Translations under genes and position numbers: made by a program
The notes under the pieces: generated by a model
Database searches by the model: none
Seen by the model: only the letters and a program-made list of their open reading frames with translations
What the model was told of the DNA's origin: nothing
In this document: piece after piece, positions 40,952-53,785 of the stretch
Numbering within the stretch: the first letter of the stretch is position 1
Layout: each line of letters starts with the position of its first letter
Assembly (NCBI GenBank): GCA_035519415.1
Contig: DATIWJ010000087.1
Location: forward strand, 567 to 64,566
Direction of reading: 5' to 3'
DNA: 64,000 bases
DNA from: Pseudolabrys sp.
GTDB taxonomy: Bacteria > Pseudomonadota > Alphaproteobacteria > Rhizobiales > Xanthobacteraceae

Positions 40952-41821
40952 TCAACGGGATGGTTCAAATACCAGGACTGCGCCCATGGCGTCCTCCTGG
41001 CCTATCACCGTGTTGTTTTCAGCGTAAAGCCCGGCAATGCCGGCTTCGGTGGACACGTCGGCCAACAAACTTGCGTCCGCTACGGTAAACCGCAATGCGG
41101 CGAGCCTGGCGCCCCTGGAAATGTCCGGCGGTGACACTCCAAAGCGCTCGATGAACGTAGCCGGCGTCATCACATCGATGTCTCCCCGCGGCGTCGGGAT
41201 TGTCACGCCGTTCGCGGTCGCACGACTGCTCACACCGGCGAAGGTGGCAAGAAATCCTGCATGGTCACGCGGCGCTTGCGCAACCAGCACGATGCCGGCG
41301 ACCCCCATTGCCGTATTGGCATGGACCTGAAAGGCGGGATTCCAGAAACTCTGCGGATCGTGCTGAAAGCTGGTGAAGAACCCGATGTCAGGCGCGTGGG
41401 GATCGGACGCGAAAGCAAGTCCGAATGCGAGCTTTACCGCCGCGCCGTCGGGCCGCTTGCCTTCGCGCTCGAACTCGTAAAGCTCAAAGTCTCCGATCCG
41501 GCCGTCGCTAAACGCATTGGCGTCCGATTGTCCGTGTCCTTCGAGCGCCAACATTGAAAGCCCCTGCCCACGCGTCAGGAAATCGCGGTTAAACGCACCG
41601 AACGAAAAGTGCCGCGCCGCGTGCGGCGTAATTCCGCTAGCGTCCGCAATCGCCAACAGCTCTACGTACGTGCCTGGCAGCTGGACGATATTGTTCTGGG
41701 TGCCCCAACTTTGCGGATGCCGATTGCGGGCGCCGACCTGGAAGCCTAACCGGCGATAGAGCTCGACGGCCGCATCGAGGTCGCGCACCGCATGGACAAT
41801 ATGATCGAGACCACGGGCCAT
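40952..41821 (-). CDS. VOC / glyoxalase-like family protein
   Basis: [25 protein letters not shown]. Confidence 0.8.
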   Translation of the reverse strand: MARGLDHIVHAVRDLDAAVELYRRLGFQVGARNRHPQSWGTQNNIVQLPGTYVELLAIADASGITPHAARHFSFGAFNRDFLTRGQGLSMLALEGHGQSDANAFSDGRIGDFELYEFEREGKRPDGAAVKLAFGLAFASDPHAPDIGFFTSFQHDPQSFWNPAFQVHANTAMGVAGIVLVAQAPRDHAGFLATFAGVSSRATANGVTIPTPRGDIDVMTPATFIERFGVSPPDISRGARLAALRFTVADASLLADVSTEAGIAGLYAENNTVIGQEDAMGAVLVFEPSR

Positions 41822-41830
41822 CGCCGGCGC

Positions 41831-43471
<1,641 letters not shown>

Positions 43472-43635
43472 TTAGCCTCCGCGAATCGATTCGACGAGCA
43501 CGAAAAAGTCAGAGCCGATCCGCGCCTGTGCGTAGCTCGATAAATTTCCGGTTTTCCAGATGCTTGCGACAGAATTTTCATGTTTGCTTCTATTCCGATC
43601 CTGAACCTTTCGACGACTTGCCATTGCCAGAATGC

Positions 43636-43663
43636 CGAAGGGCCGGAATTCCCCGGCCCTTCG
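43636..43663. terminator. Hairpin after secG
   Basis: Perfect 11-bp stem CGAAGGGCCGG-AATTCC-CCGGCCCTTCG; no U-tract on the minus strand. Confidence 0.5.
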
Positions 43664-43673
43664 CTCGCGATTT

Positions 43674-44066
43674 TCATTTCGACTGTGGCACCTGCGGCCC
43701 CGATGGGGCAGCTGGAGCCGCCGGCGGCGCCGGTGGCGCGCCTCCTTGCAGTTGATTGAGCAAACCGCCCCCTCCGCCGAGCGGTGTCGGCGCACCGGGC
43801 GCGGCCGGCGCATTTTGGCCGCCTTGGAGGATAGAGGCCGGCTTGCGGTTTATCCCAGCCAGGATCGACAGCATGAGACTGGTCACGAAGAACAGGCCGG
43901 CCAAGATTGCGGTCGCCCTTGTGAGCACGTTGGCGGTGCCGCGGCTGGTCATGAAGCCGCCGGTCGAACCGATGCCAAGTCCGCCACCCTCGGAACGCTG
44001 TAAGAGAACAACGCCAATGAGGGCGAGAACCAGCATCAAGTGGATAACGATGATGACGTGCTGCAT
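43674..44066 (-). CDS. secG: Preprotein translocase subunit SecG
   Basis: VVLLQRSEGGGLG, NVLTRATAILA; Pro/Gly tail. Confidence 0.93.
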   Translation of the reverse strand: MQHVIIVIHLMLVLALIGVVLLQRSEGGGLGIGSTGGFMTSRGTANVLTRATAILAGLFFVTSLMLSILAGINRKPASILQGGQNAPAAPGAPTPLGGGGGLLNQLQGGAPPAPPAAPAAPSGPQVPQSK

Positions 44067-44192
44067 CTCAGGCCAATATCCGTTCAAACTTCGCCGGTCT
44101 GGGCTCTCCGCCCAGGCGGCGCTTTGTGGTCCATATAGGAATTCGCCGCGGTCTCTACACGATCGTTTGCCGCTTTTCCACCCTTGCCGTGC

Positions 44193-44954
44193 CTATCGGT
44201 AAACCGAGGCAATACCGAGGAAATCCTGGGCCATAAGGCTGGCGCCGCCAACCAGTGCCCCATTTACGTCAACAGCCGTCAAAAGCTCCCTGGCATTGGC
44301 AGGCTTGACCGAGCCGCCATAAAGAATGCGCATATGCGCCCCCTCCGCGCCAAAGCGCTCGCGCAAGCACTTGCGGACAAAGGCGTGGACCTCGGCAACA
44401 TTATCTGCCGTCGGAGTGAGGCCGGTTCCGATCGCCCAGACCGGCTCATAGGCGACGACCAGATTGGCGGCGGTGGCGCCGGCCTCCGGTAGCGATTGAT
44501 CGAGCTGACGGCCGACAACGCCGAGTGTTTTGCCGGCCTCGCGTTCGGCGCGCTTTTCTCCGACACAGAGGATTGCGGTCAGCTTGGCCCGCCATGCCGC
44601 CTGGGCCTTCGCGCGCACCAGCGCATCGGTCTCATGATGCTCCGTCCGCCGCTCCGAATGACCCACAATCACGGCACTGGCCCCCGCGTCGGCCAGCATC
44701 TCGGCTGACATGTCACCTGTGTGGGGGCCGAAAACTTCGGGATGGCAATCCTGGCCCCCGATGGTTACCCGCGAACCTCGCACCGCCGACGCAAAGCTTG
44801 CAATCAAGGTCGCGGGCGGACACACCATCAGGTCGGCTTTGCCTGCGAGCGCCCCAGCCCCGGTGATGATTTTGGCGAGCTCCGCTTTGGAAGCGGCAAG
44901 CCCGTTCATCTTCCAGTTACCCGCAACCAGCGGAATTATCTTGGCCATCGCCAT
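44193..44954 (-). CDS. tpiA: Triosephosphate isomerase
   Basis: [32 protein letters not shown]. Confidence 0.97.
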   Translation of the reverse strand: MAMAKIIPLVAGNWKMNGLAASKAELAKIITGAGALAGKADLMVCPPATLIASFASAVRGSRVTIGGQDCHPEVFGPHTGDMSAEMLADAGASAVIVGHSERRTEHHETDALVRAKAQAAWRAKLTAILCVGEKRAEREAGKTLGVVGRQLDQSLPEAGATAANLVVAYEPVWAIGTGLTPTADNVAEVHAFVRKCLRERFGAEGAHMRILYGGSVKPANARELLTAVDVNGALVGGASLMAQDFLGIASVYR

Positions 44955-45138
44955 CGAAAAATCCCTTTTAGCGTGCCGTTACCAGACCCGCCCGGGCAAT
45001 GCCAGAGTGCCCGGCAACAAGCCAATCCCTCTTCAGTTGCAAGGAGTTGGGTCGATCACTATGGTGCGCCCGGCTTGCTTGAGCTAGACAAGCGCCCATC
45101 CATTCAACCAGTCATCGCAAGCCAAGATAAACGCGCGC

Positions 45139-47049
45139 ATGCTCCGTGGTCTTCACAAAGCCTCCTCGACCTGGCTCGGCAAGGGCGTCATGGCCCTCGT
45201 CATGGGTTTTCTTGTTATCAGCTTCGCCGTCTGGGGTATCGGCGACATCTTCCGCGGCTTTGGCCGGAATGCCGTGGCAACTGTCGGAGACGCCGAAATT
45301 TCGGTCGAGCAGTTTCGGCAATATTACAATGAACGTCTGCAGCAGTTTGGCCGCCAGGTCGGCCGCCCGATAACCCCAGAGGAAGCGCGAACACGCGGGA
45401 TTGATCGGCAGCTGCTTGCACAGCTGATCGCCGAGACCACTTTCGACGAAGAAGCCAAGCGCCTGCGGCTGGGCATGAGCGAAGCCGATATTGCGAAACG
45501 TATTACGACTGATCCGTCATTTCGCGGCCCTACCGGCCAGTTCGACCGGACGCGTTTCGAACAGCTAATTCGCCAAGCTGGTTTTAGTGAAAGCCGGTTC
45601 ATTGCCGAGCAGCGAAAGTCGATGTTGCGGCGGCAAATCGCGCAGAGTGTCAGCGGCGACATGAAAGTGCCGCAGACTGCGATGGCGGTGCTCAATCAGT
45701 ACCAAAATGAAAAGCGTCAGATCGAATATGTCGCCTTGGGCACCGCGCAGGCAGGCAATATTCCGGCGCCGACGCCGGAAGAGCTCGCCAAATATTTCGA
45801 CGAACGCAAAACTCTTTTCCGCGCTCCTGAATATCGGAAGATTACGATCGTGGCGCTTGCTCCGGCCGATCTGGCCAAGCCCGATGCGATCAGCGACTCT
45901 GAGGCTAAAACCTACTACGAGCAACGAAAGGAAAACTACGGCAGACCGGAAAAGCGGGAACTGCGTCAGATCGCCTTTCCGAACGCGGATGATGCTGCGG
46001 CCGCGCGCGATCGCATCAGCAAGGGCGCGAGTTTCGACGACATCGCCAAGGAACGCGGCATGAAAGCGTCGGATACCGATCTCGGCATGGTTGCCAAAGC
46101 CGACGTTATCGATCCGGCAGTTGCCGATGCTGCGTTTGCACTCAAACCCGGGGAAATAAGTCAGCCAGTCAAAGGTCGGTTCGGCACAGTCTTGTTGACA
46201 GTCGGCAAAATCGAAGCAGGCGAGGAAAAGTCGTATGAGCAAGTGGCCGGCCAGATCAAGAAAGAACTTGCCGAGAGCCGGGTGAGGACCGAAATCGGAA
46301 ACCTGCGCGACAAGATCGAGGACGAACGCGCTGCGGGCTCGACATTAGCGGAGGCCGCCAAAAAACTCGGCCTTAAGGCGACCTCCGTTGAAGCGGTCGA
46401 TCGCTCCGGTCGTGGACCGGAAGGCACGCCGGTGACCGGCCTCCCACAAACGCCGAATGTTGTCAGCGCAGCCTTCGCAAGCGATGTCGGCGTCGACACG
46501 GACGCGCTGCAGTTGCCCGATGGCGGTTATCTCTATTTCGACGTCACCGGCGTAACGCCTTCGCGCGAGCGCTCGCTTGACGAAGTCAAAGATCAAGTGG
46601 CCGCGCGTTGGCGCGACGATGAAATTGCCAAGCGGTTGCAGACGAAAGCGGACGATCTCATTGGGAAACTCAAGGCTGGGACTCCATTCGCGCAGATTGC
46701 AAGCGAGGCGGGTCTCAAGGTGGAGACGGCGGCCGACCTGCAGCGCGGTAAACCCGGCGGTTTTGTGCCGGCAAAGGTGGTCGAATCAGTATTCCGCACG
46801 CCGAAGGGAGTGCCGGCCAGCGTCGAAGGCGACAAAGAGACCGATCGTTTTTTATATCGCGTGACCGAGATCGTCGATCCAGCGTTTGATGCGAGTTCGG
46901 CGCAGGGCAAAGCAATCGCCGACACTTTGCAAAACTCTTATTCCGAAGATCTCGTCTCCGAATATATCGTGCGGCTGGAAAATGATTTCGGCGTGTCCAT
47001 CAATCCGTCGGCGTTAAATCAGGTTGTCGGCGGCGGCGCCCAGCAATAG
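45139..47049 (+). CDS. ppiD: PpiD/SurA-type membrane-anchored chaperone
   Basis: N-terminal anchor ISFAVWGIGD, SurA N-domain, rotamase-like segment DLG.V...ISQPVKGRFG. Confidence 0.88.
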   Translation: MLRGLHKASSTWLGKGVMALVMGFLVISFAVWGIGDIFRGFGRNAVATVGDAEISVEQFRQYYNERLQQFGRQVGRPITPEEARTRGIDRQLLAQLIAETTFDEEAKRLRLGMSEADIAKRITTDPSFRGPTGQFDRTRFEQLIRQAGFSESRFIAEQRKSMLRRQIAQSVSGDMKVPQTAMAVLNQYQNEKRQIEYVALGTAQAGNIPAPTPEELAKYFDERKTLFRAPEYRKITIVALAPADLAKPDAISDSEAKTYYEQRKENYGRPEKRELRQIAFPNADDAAAARDRISKGASFDDIAKERGMKASDTDLGMVAKADVIDPAVADAAFALKPGEISQPVKGRFGTVLLTVGKIEAGEEKSYEQVAGQIKKELAESRVRTEIGNLRDKIEDERAAGSTLAEAAKKLGLKATSVEAVDRSGRGPEGTPVTGLPQTPNVVSAAFASDVGVDTDALQLPDGGYLYFDVTGVTPSRERSLDEVKDQVAARWRDDEIAKRLQTKADDLIGKLKAGTPFAQIASEAGLKVETAADLQRGKPGGFVPAKVVESVFRTPKGVPASVEGDKETDRFLYRVTEIVDPAFDASSAQGKAIADTLQNSYSEDLVSEYIVRLENDFGVSINPSALNQVVGGGAQQ

Positions 47050-47057
47050 TCAGCCCA

Positions 47058-48572
47058 ATGCAGATCGAGCCATCGGAGACCGCCTTTGCTGAACGCTATG
47101 GGCGGAACGAGCCGCAGGTGGTTTGGACTACCTTGATCGCCGACCTTGAGACACCGGTCTCCGCTTTTCTAAAGCTCGGCGGCAAGGCTATGAGTTTCCT
47201 GCTCGAGTCAGTGGAAGACGGCGCTGTGCGCGGTCGATATTCCATCATCGGACTCGAACCCGATTTGATCTGGCGTTCAAACGAAGGCACAGCTGAAATC
47301 AACCGCACGGCGCGGACCAAGTCCGACGCGTTTGCGCTCTGTTCTGACGCACCACTCCAGGCGCTCCGCGCGCTGATCTCGGAAAGCAGAATCGCATTAC
47401 CTGACAATTTGCCACCGATGGCCGCAGGTGTTTTCGGTTATCTCGGCTACGACATGGTGCGGCTGATGGAGGAATTGCCTGCATCAAAGCCGGACCCTAT
47501 CGGGATTCCCGACGCGATACTGGTTCGCCCCACAATCGTTGTCATTTTCGACGCCGTGAAGGATTCGATTGCGGTCGTGACACCGGTGCGACCTGAGAAA
47601 GGCACTGACGCAAAGACAGCACTCGCTCGCGCAACTGAAAGGCTCGCGAGTGTGGTCGAAAATCTCGAAAGCCCAACGAAGAGCGTGCAATCGGATTATG
47701 ACGACGGGCCAATCGATGTCCCAGCAAGCTCGAATACCACGCCCGAAGAATACAAAGCCATGGTTCGCAAGGCGAAGGACTACATCGTCGCCGGCGATGC
47801 CTTTCAGATTGTGTTGGCGCAACGCTTCGAGGCGCCGTTCACCCTGCCGCCATTTGCGCTCTATCGCGCACTTCGCCGAACCAATCCCTCACCCTATCTC
47901 TACTTTTTGGATTTTGGTGACTTCGCGGTCGCGGGGTCGAGCCCAGAAATCCTGGTGAAGGTTTCCGACGATGTCGTCACGATCCGTCCAATCGCGGGCA
48001 CGCGGCCGCGCGGAGCAACACCACAGGAGGACAAGACCCTCGAAAGAGAGCTATTGGCTGATCCGAAGGAACGCGCCGAGCATCTGATGTTACTTGACCT
48101 CGGCCGCAATGATGTCGGCCGGGTCGCCTCCATCGGCACCGTCAAGGTCACGGACCAGTTCTTCATCGAGCGGTATAGCCACGTGATGCACATCGTATCG
48201 AACGTGGAAGGTAAGCTTGCTAAAAATAGTGACGCACTCGATGCATTGGCAGCCGGATTTCCTGCCGGGACTGTTTCGGGCGCGCCCAAGGTGCGCGCCA
48301 TGCAAATCATCAATGAACTCGAGAAGGAGAAGCGCGGCCTCTATGCCGGCTGCGTTGGCTATTTCTCCGCCGCAGGCGAGATGGATACCTGTATCGTCTT
48401 GCGAACGGCGTTGATCAAGAACGGCACGATGTATGTCCAGGCCGGCGCCGGCATTGTCGCCGACAGCGATCCCGAGCTCGAGCAGCAAGAGTGTATTAAC
48501 AAGGCCAAAGCCTTGTTTCGCGCGGCGGAAGAGGCTCGTCGCTTCGCGAGCACCGCCAAACGCGGTCAGTAG
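47058..48572 (+). CDS. trpE: Anthranilate synthase component I
   Basis: LLESVE, NPSPY, GSSPE, RPIAGTRPRG, KERAEHLMLLDLGRND, QAGAGIV. Confidence 0.95.
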   Translation: MQIEPSETAFAERYGRNEPQVVWTTLIADLETPVSAFLKLGGKAMSFLLESVEDGAVRGRYSIIGLEPDLIWRSNEGTAEINRTARTKSDAFALCSDAPLQALRALISESRIALPDNLPPMAAGVFGYLGYDMVRLMEELPASKPDPIGIPDAILVRPTIVVIFDAVKDSIAVVTPVRPEKGTDAKTALARATERLASVVENLESPTKSVQSDYDDGPIDVPASSNTTPEEYKAMVRKAKDYIVAGDAFQIVLAQRFEAPFTLPPFALYRALRRTNPSPYLYFLDFGDFAVAGSSPEILVKVSDDVVTIRPIAGTRPRGATPQEDKTLERELLADPKERAEHLMLLDLGRNDVGRVASIGTVKVTDQFFIERYSHVMHIVSNVEGKLAKNSDALDALAAGFPAGTVSGAPKVRAMQIINELEKEKRGLYAGCVGYFSAAGEMDTCIVLRTALIKNGTMYVQAGAGIVADSDPELEQQECINKAKALFRAAEEARRFASTAKRGQ

Positions 48573-48592
48573 ACACCGGAAAAGCGGGCTGC

Positions 48593-48621
48593 TTGACCCC
48601 CCTTGGGGGGCACCGTAAACC
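48593..48621 (+). promoter_or_regulatory. Candidate sigma70 promoter upstream of trpG
   Basis: TTGACC-N17-TAAACC; spacer contains CCCCCC-TT-GGGGGG. Confidence 0.4.
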
Positions 48622-48640
48622 CTTGTCAAAGCGGTGGAAC

Positions 48641-49276
48641 ATGATTGTCCTGGTCGATAACTACGATAGCTTCACTTTCAATCTCTTCCACTATCTGGGA
48701 GGGCTCGGGGCCGAGGTTGTCGTGCATCGCAACGACAAGATTTCGGTCGCCGATATCATGGCCGCAGAACCGGACGCGATCGTACTGTCGCCCGGCCCTT
48801 GCACGCCGAACGAAGCCGGCATTTGTCTCGATCTTATCGCCAAAGCATCGTCAACTATTCCGATCCTCGGGGTTTGCCTCGGTCATCAGGCGGTCGGCCA
48901 GGCTTTTGGCGGTAAAGTTGAGCGTGCAATTCCGCGCCACGGGAAAGTGTCCGAGATCAGGCACACGGGTACCGGAGTCTTCCGCGGCATTAACGGGCCG
49001 CTGAAAGCCACGCGCTATCACTCGCTGGTGGTCGAACGCGCCAGCATGCCAAAAGAACTCATGATCAACGCCGAAACTGCCGATCAGCTGGTGATGGGCT
49101 TGATGCATAACAGTCTGCCGGTGCACGGCGTTCAATTCCATCCGGAAAGCATTGCTTCCGAGTACGGGCACTTAATGTTGAAGAATTTTCTCGATATCGC
49201 CGACGCCTGGAACAAGCAGCGCGGGCGCCGTGCGACGCGGGCGCGCAAAGCGGCGCCTCTGCACGCGGCGACGTGA
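48641..49276 (+). CDS. trpG: Anthranilate synthase component II
   Basis: DNYDSFT, LSPGP, GVCLGHQ, RYHSL, QFHPES. Confidence 0.95.
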   Translation: MIVLVDNYDSFTFNLFHYLGGLGAEVVVHRNDKISVADIMAAEPDAIVLSPGPCTPNEAGICLDLIAKASSTIPILGVCLGHQAVGQAFGGKVERAIPRHGKVSEIRHTGTGVFRGINGPLKATRYHSLVVERASMPKELMINAETADQLVMGLMHNSLPVHGVQFHPESIASEYGHLMLKNFLDIADAWNKQRGRRATRARKAAPLHAAT

Positions 49277-50313
49277 GACAAACTACAATGCCCGATGATT
49301 TCAAAGCGCTCATCGCCAAGGTTGCGACTGGTGCCAGCCTTACGCGCGAGGAAGCAGCCGGCGCCTTCGACAGAATGATGTCAGGCGACGCCACGCCCTC
49401 ACAGATGGGCGGGCTGCTAATGGCATTGCGTGTGCGGGGTGAAACCGTCGACGAAATCACCGGCGCGGTCACTACCATGCGCGCCAAAATGTTGGGCGTG
49501 AAAGCGCCACCCGGTTCGGTCGATGTGGTCGGCACAGGTGGCGATGCGACGGGCTCTTTCAACATATCGACCTGCGCCGCATTTATTGTGGCCGGTGCCG
49601 GCGTACCGGTTGCCAAACATGGAAACCGCGCGCTGTCGTCCAAGTCGGGCGCGGCCGACGTGTTGCAAGCGCTTGGGGTCAAGATCGAACTTGATTCGCG
49701 TCAGGTCGCGATGTGCATCCGCGATGCAGGTATTGGCTTCATGTTTGCACCCGCACATCATCCCGCGATGAAAAATGTCGGTCCGACCCGTGTTGAGCTC
49801 GGCACCCGCACCATTTTTAATCTGCTTGGGCCACTGTCCAATCCTGCCAGCGTCAGGCGACAGATGATCGGCACATTCTCGAAGCATTGGGTTGAGCCCA
49901 TGGCGCAGGTGCTGAAAAATCTCGGCTCCGAAAGCATCTGGGTCGTTCACGGCTCAGATGGTCTCGATGAGATCACCACGGCTGGTCCAACGAGCGTGGC
50001 GGCGCTGGAGAATGGCAAGATCCGCACGTTCGAGGTGACACCGGAGGACGCTGGCTTGTCGCGTTCGAAACCGGAGGCACTGCGCGGCGGCGATGCCGAA
50101 CAGAATGCAAAGGCGCTGCTTGACGTGCTCAAGGGCAAGTCGGGCGCTTTCCGCGATGTGTCGATCCTTAACGCTGCGGCAGCGCTCATTGTTGCCGGCA
50201 AGGCAAAAGACCTTAAGCAAGGCGCGGCACTTGCCACGAAATCGATCGAAACGGGTGAAGCGGAGGGTCGGCTCGACCGGCTGATCGCGGTTTCGAACGC
50301 CGTGGAGGTATGA
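49273..50313 (+). CDS. trpD: Anthranilate phosphoribosyltransferase
   Basis: [26 protein letters not shown]. Confidence 0.96.
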   Translation: MRQTTMPDDFKALIAKVATGASLTREEAAGAFDRMMSGDATPSQMGGLLMALRVRGETVDEITGAVTTMRAKMLGVKAPPGSVDVVGTGGDATGSFNISTCAAFIVAGAGVPVAKHGNRALSSKSGAADVLQALGVKIELDSRQVAMCIRDAGIGFMFAPAHHPAMKNVGPTRVELGTRTIFNLLGPLSNPASVRRQMIGTFSKHWVEPMAQVLKNLGSESIWVVHGSDGLDEITTAGPTSVAALENGKIRTFEVTPEDAGLSRSKPEALRGGDAEQNAKALLDVLKGKSGAFRDVSILNAAAALIVAGKAKDLKQGAALATKSIETGEAEGRLDRLIAVSNAVEV

Positions 50314-51131
50314 GCGTGTCGGATATCCTCGCCAAGATCGAAACCTACAAGCGCGAGGAAGTTGCGGCCGCCAAGCGCGTTCGTCCGCTTGCCGTGCTGG
50401 AGAAGGAGGCAAAGGCGGCCTCGGCGCCCCGCGGCTTTCTTCGCGCGATCGAACGGCGGATTGCTGGCGGCGACTACGCCCTGATTGCCGAGATCAAGAA
50501 AGCAAGCCCGTCGAAGGGATTGATCCGCGCCGATTTCGACCCGCCAGCGCTTGCCAAGGCATACGAGGCCGGCGGCGCCAACTGTCTCTCGGTGCTGACC
50601 GATGCACCCTCGTTCCAGGGCAAACCCGAATTTCTTGTCGCGGCCAGGGAGGCCACTGCGCTTCCCGTCCTGCGAAAAGACTTCATCTACGAACCGTATC
50701 AGGTTGTGGAATCGCGGGCGCTTGGAGCCGATTGCATCCTGATCATCATGGCCGCAGTCAATGACACGGCAGCCCGGGCTGTCGAGGATGCCGCCTTATA
50801 TCATGGAATGGACGTGCTGCTTGAAGTTCATGACGAAGTCGAGCTTGCCCGCGCCCTTAAACTGAAATCTCGGCTCATCGGCGTCAATAACCGCGATTTG
50901 CGTACATTCAAGACGTCGCTTGCCGTAAGCGAGCATCTGGCGCCGAAAATCCCACGTGATCGCGTGGTCGTCGCCGAAAGCGGACTTAACGCACCGGCAG
51001 ATCTCGCGCGCCTTAGCCGGATCGGGATATCCACATTCCTCATCGGCGAAAGCCTGATGCGGCAATCGGACGTTACCGCAGCGACGCGCGCCTTGCTTGC
51101 TCGCGAGACGCGTCGCGCAGTTGCGGAGTAG
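50310..51131 (+). CDS. trpC: Indole-3-glycerol phosphate synthase
   Basis: [34 protein letters not shown]. Confidence 0.96.
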   Translation: MSVSDILAKIETYKREEVAAAKRVRPLAVLEKEAKAASAPRGFLRAIERRIAGGDYALIAEIKKASPSKGLIRADFDPPALAKAYEAGGANCLSVLTDAPSFQGKPEFLVAAREATALPVLRKDFIYEPYQVVESRALGADCILIIMAAVNDTAARAVEDAALYHGMDVLLEVHDEVELARALKLKSRLIGVNNRDLRTFKTSLAVSEHLAPKIPRDRVVVAESGLNAPADLARLSRIGISTFLIGESLMRQSDVTAATRALLARETRRAVAE

Positions 51132-51135
51132 CGCG

Positions 51136-51744
51136 ATGGCACGGCACAGGAAACCGATTTCACGCAGTCGCAACAAAAAGAGCGCTGTGCACCGTCCCAA
51201 GGCAAAAAGTATAGCAACCGAAGCCAAGCCGAGCGGGGAAAATTCCGTGCCGGCGACTCCGGCGCCGTCCCCCCTCACCCACATCGATCAGCGTGGCGAG
51301 GCCCGCATGGTCGACGTCACCGAAAAAGGCGCCACCGAAAGGATTGCCGTCGCAGAGGGCCGCGTGATCATGCGTAAGGAAACGCTCGATCTCGTGCTCG
51401 AGGGCAATGCGATGAAAGGCGATGTGCTCGGTGCCGCCCGGTTAGCTGGCATCATGGCAGCCAAACGTACTCATGGCCTCATTCCACTGTGCCATCCGCT
51501 TCCCCTCTCGAAGGTCGAGGTCGACATCAATCCAGAGCATGTATTGCCAGGATTTCTGGTGCAGGCGACCGTAAAGGTCACAGCCAAGACTGGTGTTGAG
51601 ATGGAAGCACTGACTGCGGTCGCGATCGCGTGCCTGACGATCTACGACATGGTCAAGGCTGCCGAGCGTGGTGTACACATTGAAGGCATCCGTCTTCTGC
51701 ATAAAAGCGGCGGCAAGTCGGGCGAGTGGCGCGCGGAGTCGTAG
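51136..51744 (+). CDS. moaC: Cyclic pyranopterin monophosphate synthase MoaC
   Basis: [36 protein letters not shown]; basic N-terminal extension if ATG 51136 is used. Confidence 0.93.
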   Translation: MARHRKPISRSRNKKSAVHRPKAKSIATEAKPSGENSVPATPAPSPLTHIDQRGEARMVDVTEKGATERIAVAEGRVIMRKETLDLVLEGNAMKGDVLGAARLAGIMAAKRTHGLIPLCHPLPLSKVEVDINPEHVLPGFLVQATVKVTAKTGVEMEALTAVAIACLTIYDMVKAAERGVHIEGIRLLHKSGGKSGEWRAES

Positions 51745-51747
51745 TCC

Positions 51748-52956
51748 ATGGCCCTCATGCCGGTTGCCGAGGCGCTTCAACGGGTGCTGGCTGACGCAAG
51801 CGCGCTGCCCGGAGAGTGGGTGCCCCTCAATGAGACGCTTGGCCGCGTACTGACCGAAAATGTAACAGCACTGCGGACCCAGCCGCCGGCGGCGGTTTCG
51901 GCTATGGACGGATACGCGGTGCGGGCAAGTGACGTGGCAACTGTACCGGTCACGCTTAAAGTTATAGGTGAAGTTGCGGCAGGCCATCCCTTCCCCGGCC
52001 AGGTGGGCGGTGGTCAAGCCGCGCGTATTTTCACTGGCGGCGTCATGCCGATTGGCAGCGATACCGTGGTCATCCAAGAGCTCGCCACGCTGTCCGGCGA
52101 TCTAGTTACAATTCAAAAACCAACCGCGAAGAACCGGAATGTCCGTGCGCAAGGCATCGACTTTGCACAGGACCAGGTGCTGTTGCACAAAGGGCGCCGG
52201 CTGACCGACCGCGACTTGATGCTTGCTGCCGCCATGAACCATCCGGCTCTTTGCGTGCATCGGCGTCCAAAAGTGGCGGTGCTCGGCACTGGTGACGAAC
52301 TGGTCCCGCCCGGCAGCACACCTGGACCCGGCGAGGTTGTCTATTCCAACGGCTACGCGCTCAGCGCAATGGCGCGCAGTGAGGGCGCGGAGGTCCACGA
52401 CCTCGGCATTGCCAGCGATTCCATCGAGGACATCGTGTCCGCTGTGCGCGGCGCGCGAAAATGGAATGCCGACATCCTGGTCACTTCCGGCGGCGCATCG
52501 GTTGGCGAACATGACCTGGTTCAGCGCGCCTTGGCCGCGGAGGGTCTCGATCTTTCTTTCTGGCGGGTCGCGTTGCGCCCGGGCCGACCCATGATGCATG
52601 GCCGCCTGGGCGGCATGCAGGTTCTGGGTGTGCCGGGCAATCCGGTGTCGTCCTTCGTCTGCGCCTTTCTGTTTCTGGTGCCTCTCATCAGGCGTCTCGC
52701 CGGGCGCCAGGATGTCGAGCGGATCCCGCAAAGCGCACGTCTCGGCTGCGATCTGCCAGCCAATGACGAACGGGCAGACTATCTGCGCGCGACCCTCGAA
52801 GCGGGTGCCGGCGGCCCTGTGGCCACCCCGCTACCGGACCAGGACAGTTCCCTGATGGCGCCGTTGGCGAAGGCTGATTGCCTGCTGATTCGCGCGCCGC
52901 ACGCCCCGGCAGCGGCCAAGGGCTCAGACTGTGTCATCCTTAAGCTAAGCCTTTAG
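51748..52956 (+). CDS. moeA: Molybdopterin molybdotransferase MoeA
   Basis: SAMDGYA, RIFTGG, GTGDEL, SGGASVG, PGNPVS. Confidence 0.94.
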   Translation: MALMPVAEALQRVLADASALPGEWVPLNETLGRVLTENVTALRTQPPAAVSAMDGYAVRASDVATVPVTLKVIGEVAAGHPFPGQVGGGQAARIFTGGVMPIGSDTVVIQELATLSGDLVTIQKPTAKNRNVRAQGIDFAQDQVLLHKGRRLTDRDLMLAAAMNHPALCVHRRPKVAVLGTGDELVPPGSTPGPGEVVYSNGYALSAMARSEGAEVHDLGIASDSIEDIVSAVRGARKWNADILVTSGGASVGEHDLVQRALAAEGLDLSFWRVALRPGRPMMHGRLGGMQVLGVPGNPVSSFVCAFLFLVPLIRRLAGRQDVERIPQSARLGCDLPANDERADYLRATLEAGAGGPVATPLPDQDSSLMAPLAKADCLLIRAPHAPAAAKGSDCVILKLSL

Positions 52957-52995
52957 GCGACTTTCGAGTTTTTCACCCCAAATTAATTGGTTGCG

Positions 52996-53036
52996 GAACA
53001 CATATCGAACATATAGTGTCCGTTCATGATTTGTTT
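52996..53036 (+). promoter_or_regulatory. LexA (SOS) boxes upstream of lexA
   Basis: GAAC-ACATATC-GAAC at 52996-53010 (perfect) and GTTC-ATGATTT-GTTT at 53022-53036. Confidence 0.85.
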
Positions 53037-53083
53037 CTGGCTTGGTCCACCCCCGAGGGGGCCAGCCTGACGGGGAGAGACAG

Positions 53084-53785
53084 ATGCTGACCCGCAAGCA
53101 GTTCGAGCTCCTACGGTTTATTCACGAGCGGCTGACCGAAGCCGGTGTGCCGCCTTCCTTCGACGAAATGAAGGATGCCCTGGACCTGCGCTCAAAATCG
53201 GGCATCCACAGGCTCATTACAGCCCTGGAGGAGCGCGGCTTCATCCGCCGCCTCCCCAATCGGGCCCGTGCGATTGAGGTGATCAAGCTGCCCGAATCGG
53301 TCGGTCATGGCCTTGGCTCGGCCCGGACGCGCGGCTTTACGCCGAGTGTGATCGAAGGCGATCTTGGTCGGGTGCGCACCACGTCGGAAGAGGACGGCGG
53401 GCGGCCAGTTGCGGTGCCGGTCATGGGCCGCATCGCCGCCGGCACGCCAATCGAGGCCATTCAAACCCGCAGCCACATCATCAACATGCCGCCTGATTTG
53501 CTTTCGGCTGGCGAGCATTTCGCATTGGAAGTTCGTGGGGACAGCATGATCGAGGCCGGCATCCTCGACGGCGATATTGCGCTGATTCGCAAATCCGAAG
53601 CGGCAGACACTGGCGACATCGTCGTCGCGCTGATCGACGACGAGGAAGCCACCCTCAAGCGCTTCCGCCGCCGTGGTGCCTCGATTGCGCTGGAGCCCGC
53701 CAATACGGCCTACGAGGTGCGCATTTTGCCCCCCAACCGCGTGCGCATCCAGGGCAAATTGGTGGGTCTGTTCAGGCGATATTAG
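53084..53785 (+). CDS. lexA: SOS repressor LexA
   Basis: MLTRKQ, PPSFDEM, IAAG cleavage site, GDSM, TLKR. Confidence 0.97.
   Translation: MLTRKQFELLRFIHERLTEAGVPPSFDEMKDALDLRSKSGIHRLITALEERGFIRRLPNRARAIEVIKLPESVGHGLGSARTRGFTPSVIEGDLGRVRTTSEEDGGRPVAVPVMGRIAAGTPIEAIQTRSHIINMPPDLLSAGEHFALEVRGDSMIEAGILDGDIALIRKSEAADTGDIVVALIDDEEATLKRFRRRGASIALEPANTAYEVRILPPNRVRIQGKLVGLFRRY

Noticed and set aside
47050-47057. trp attenuator / leader peptide
   Set aside because: trpE follows ppiD after 8 nt, leaving no room for a leader.
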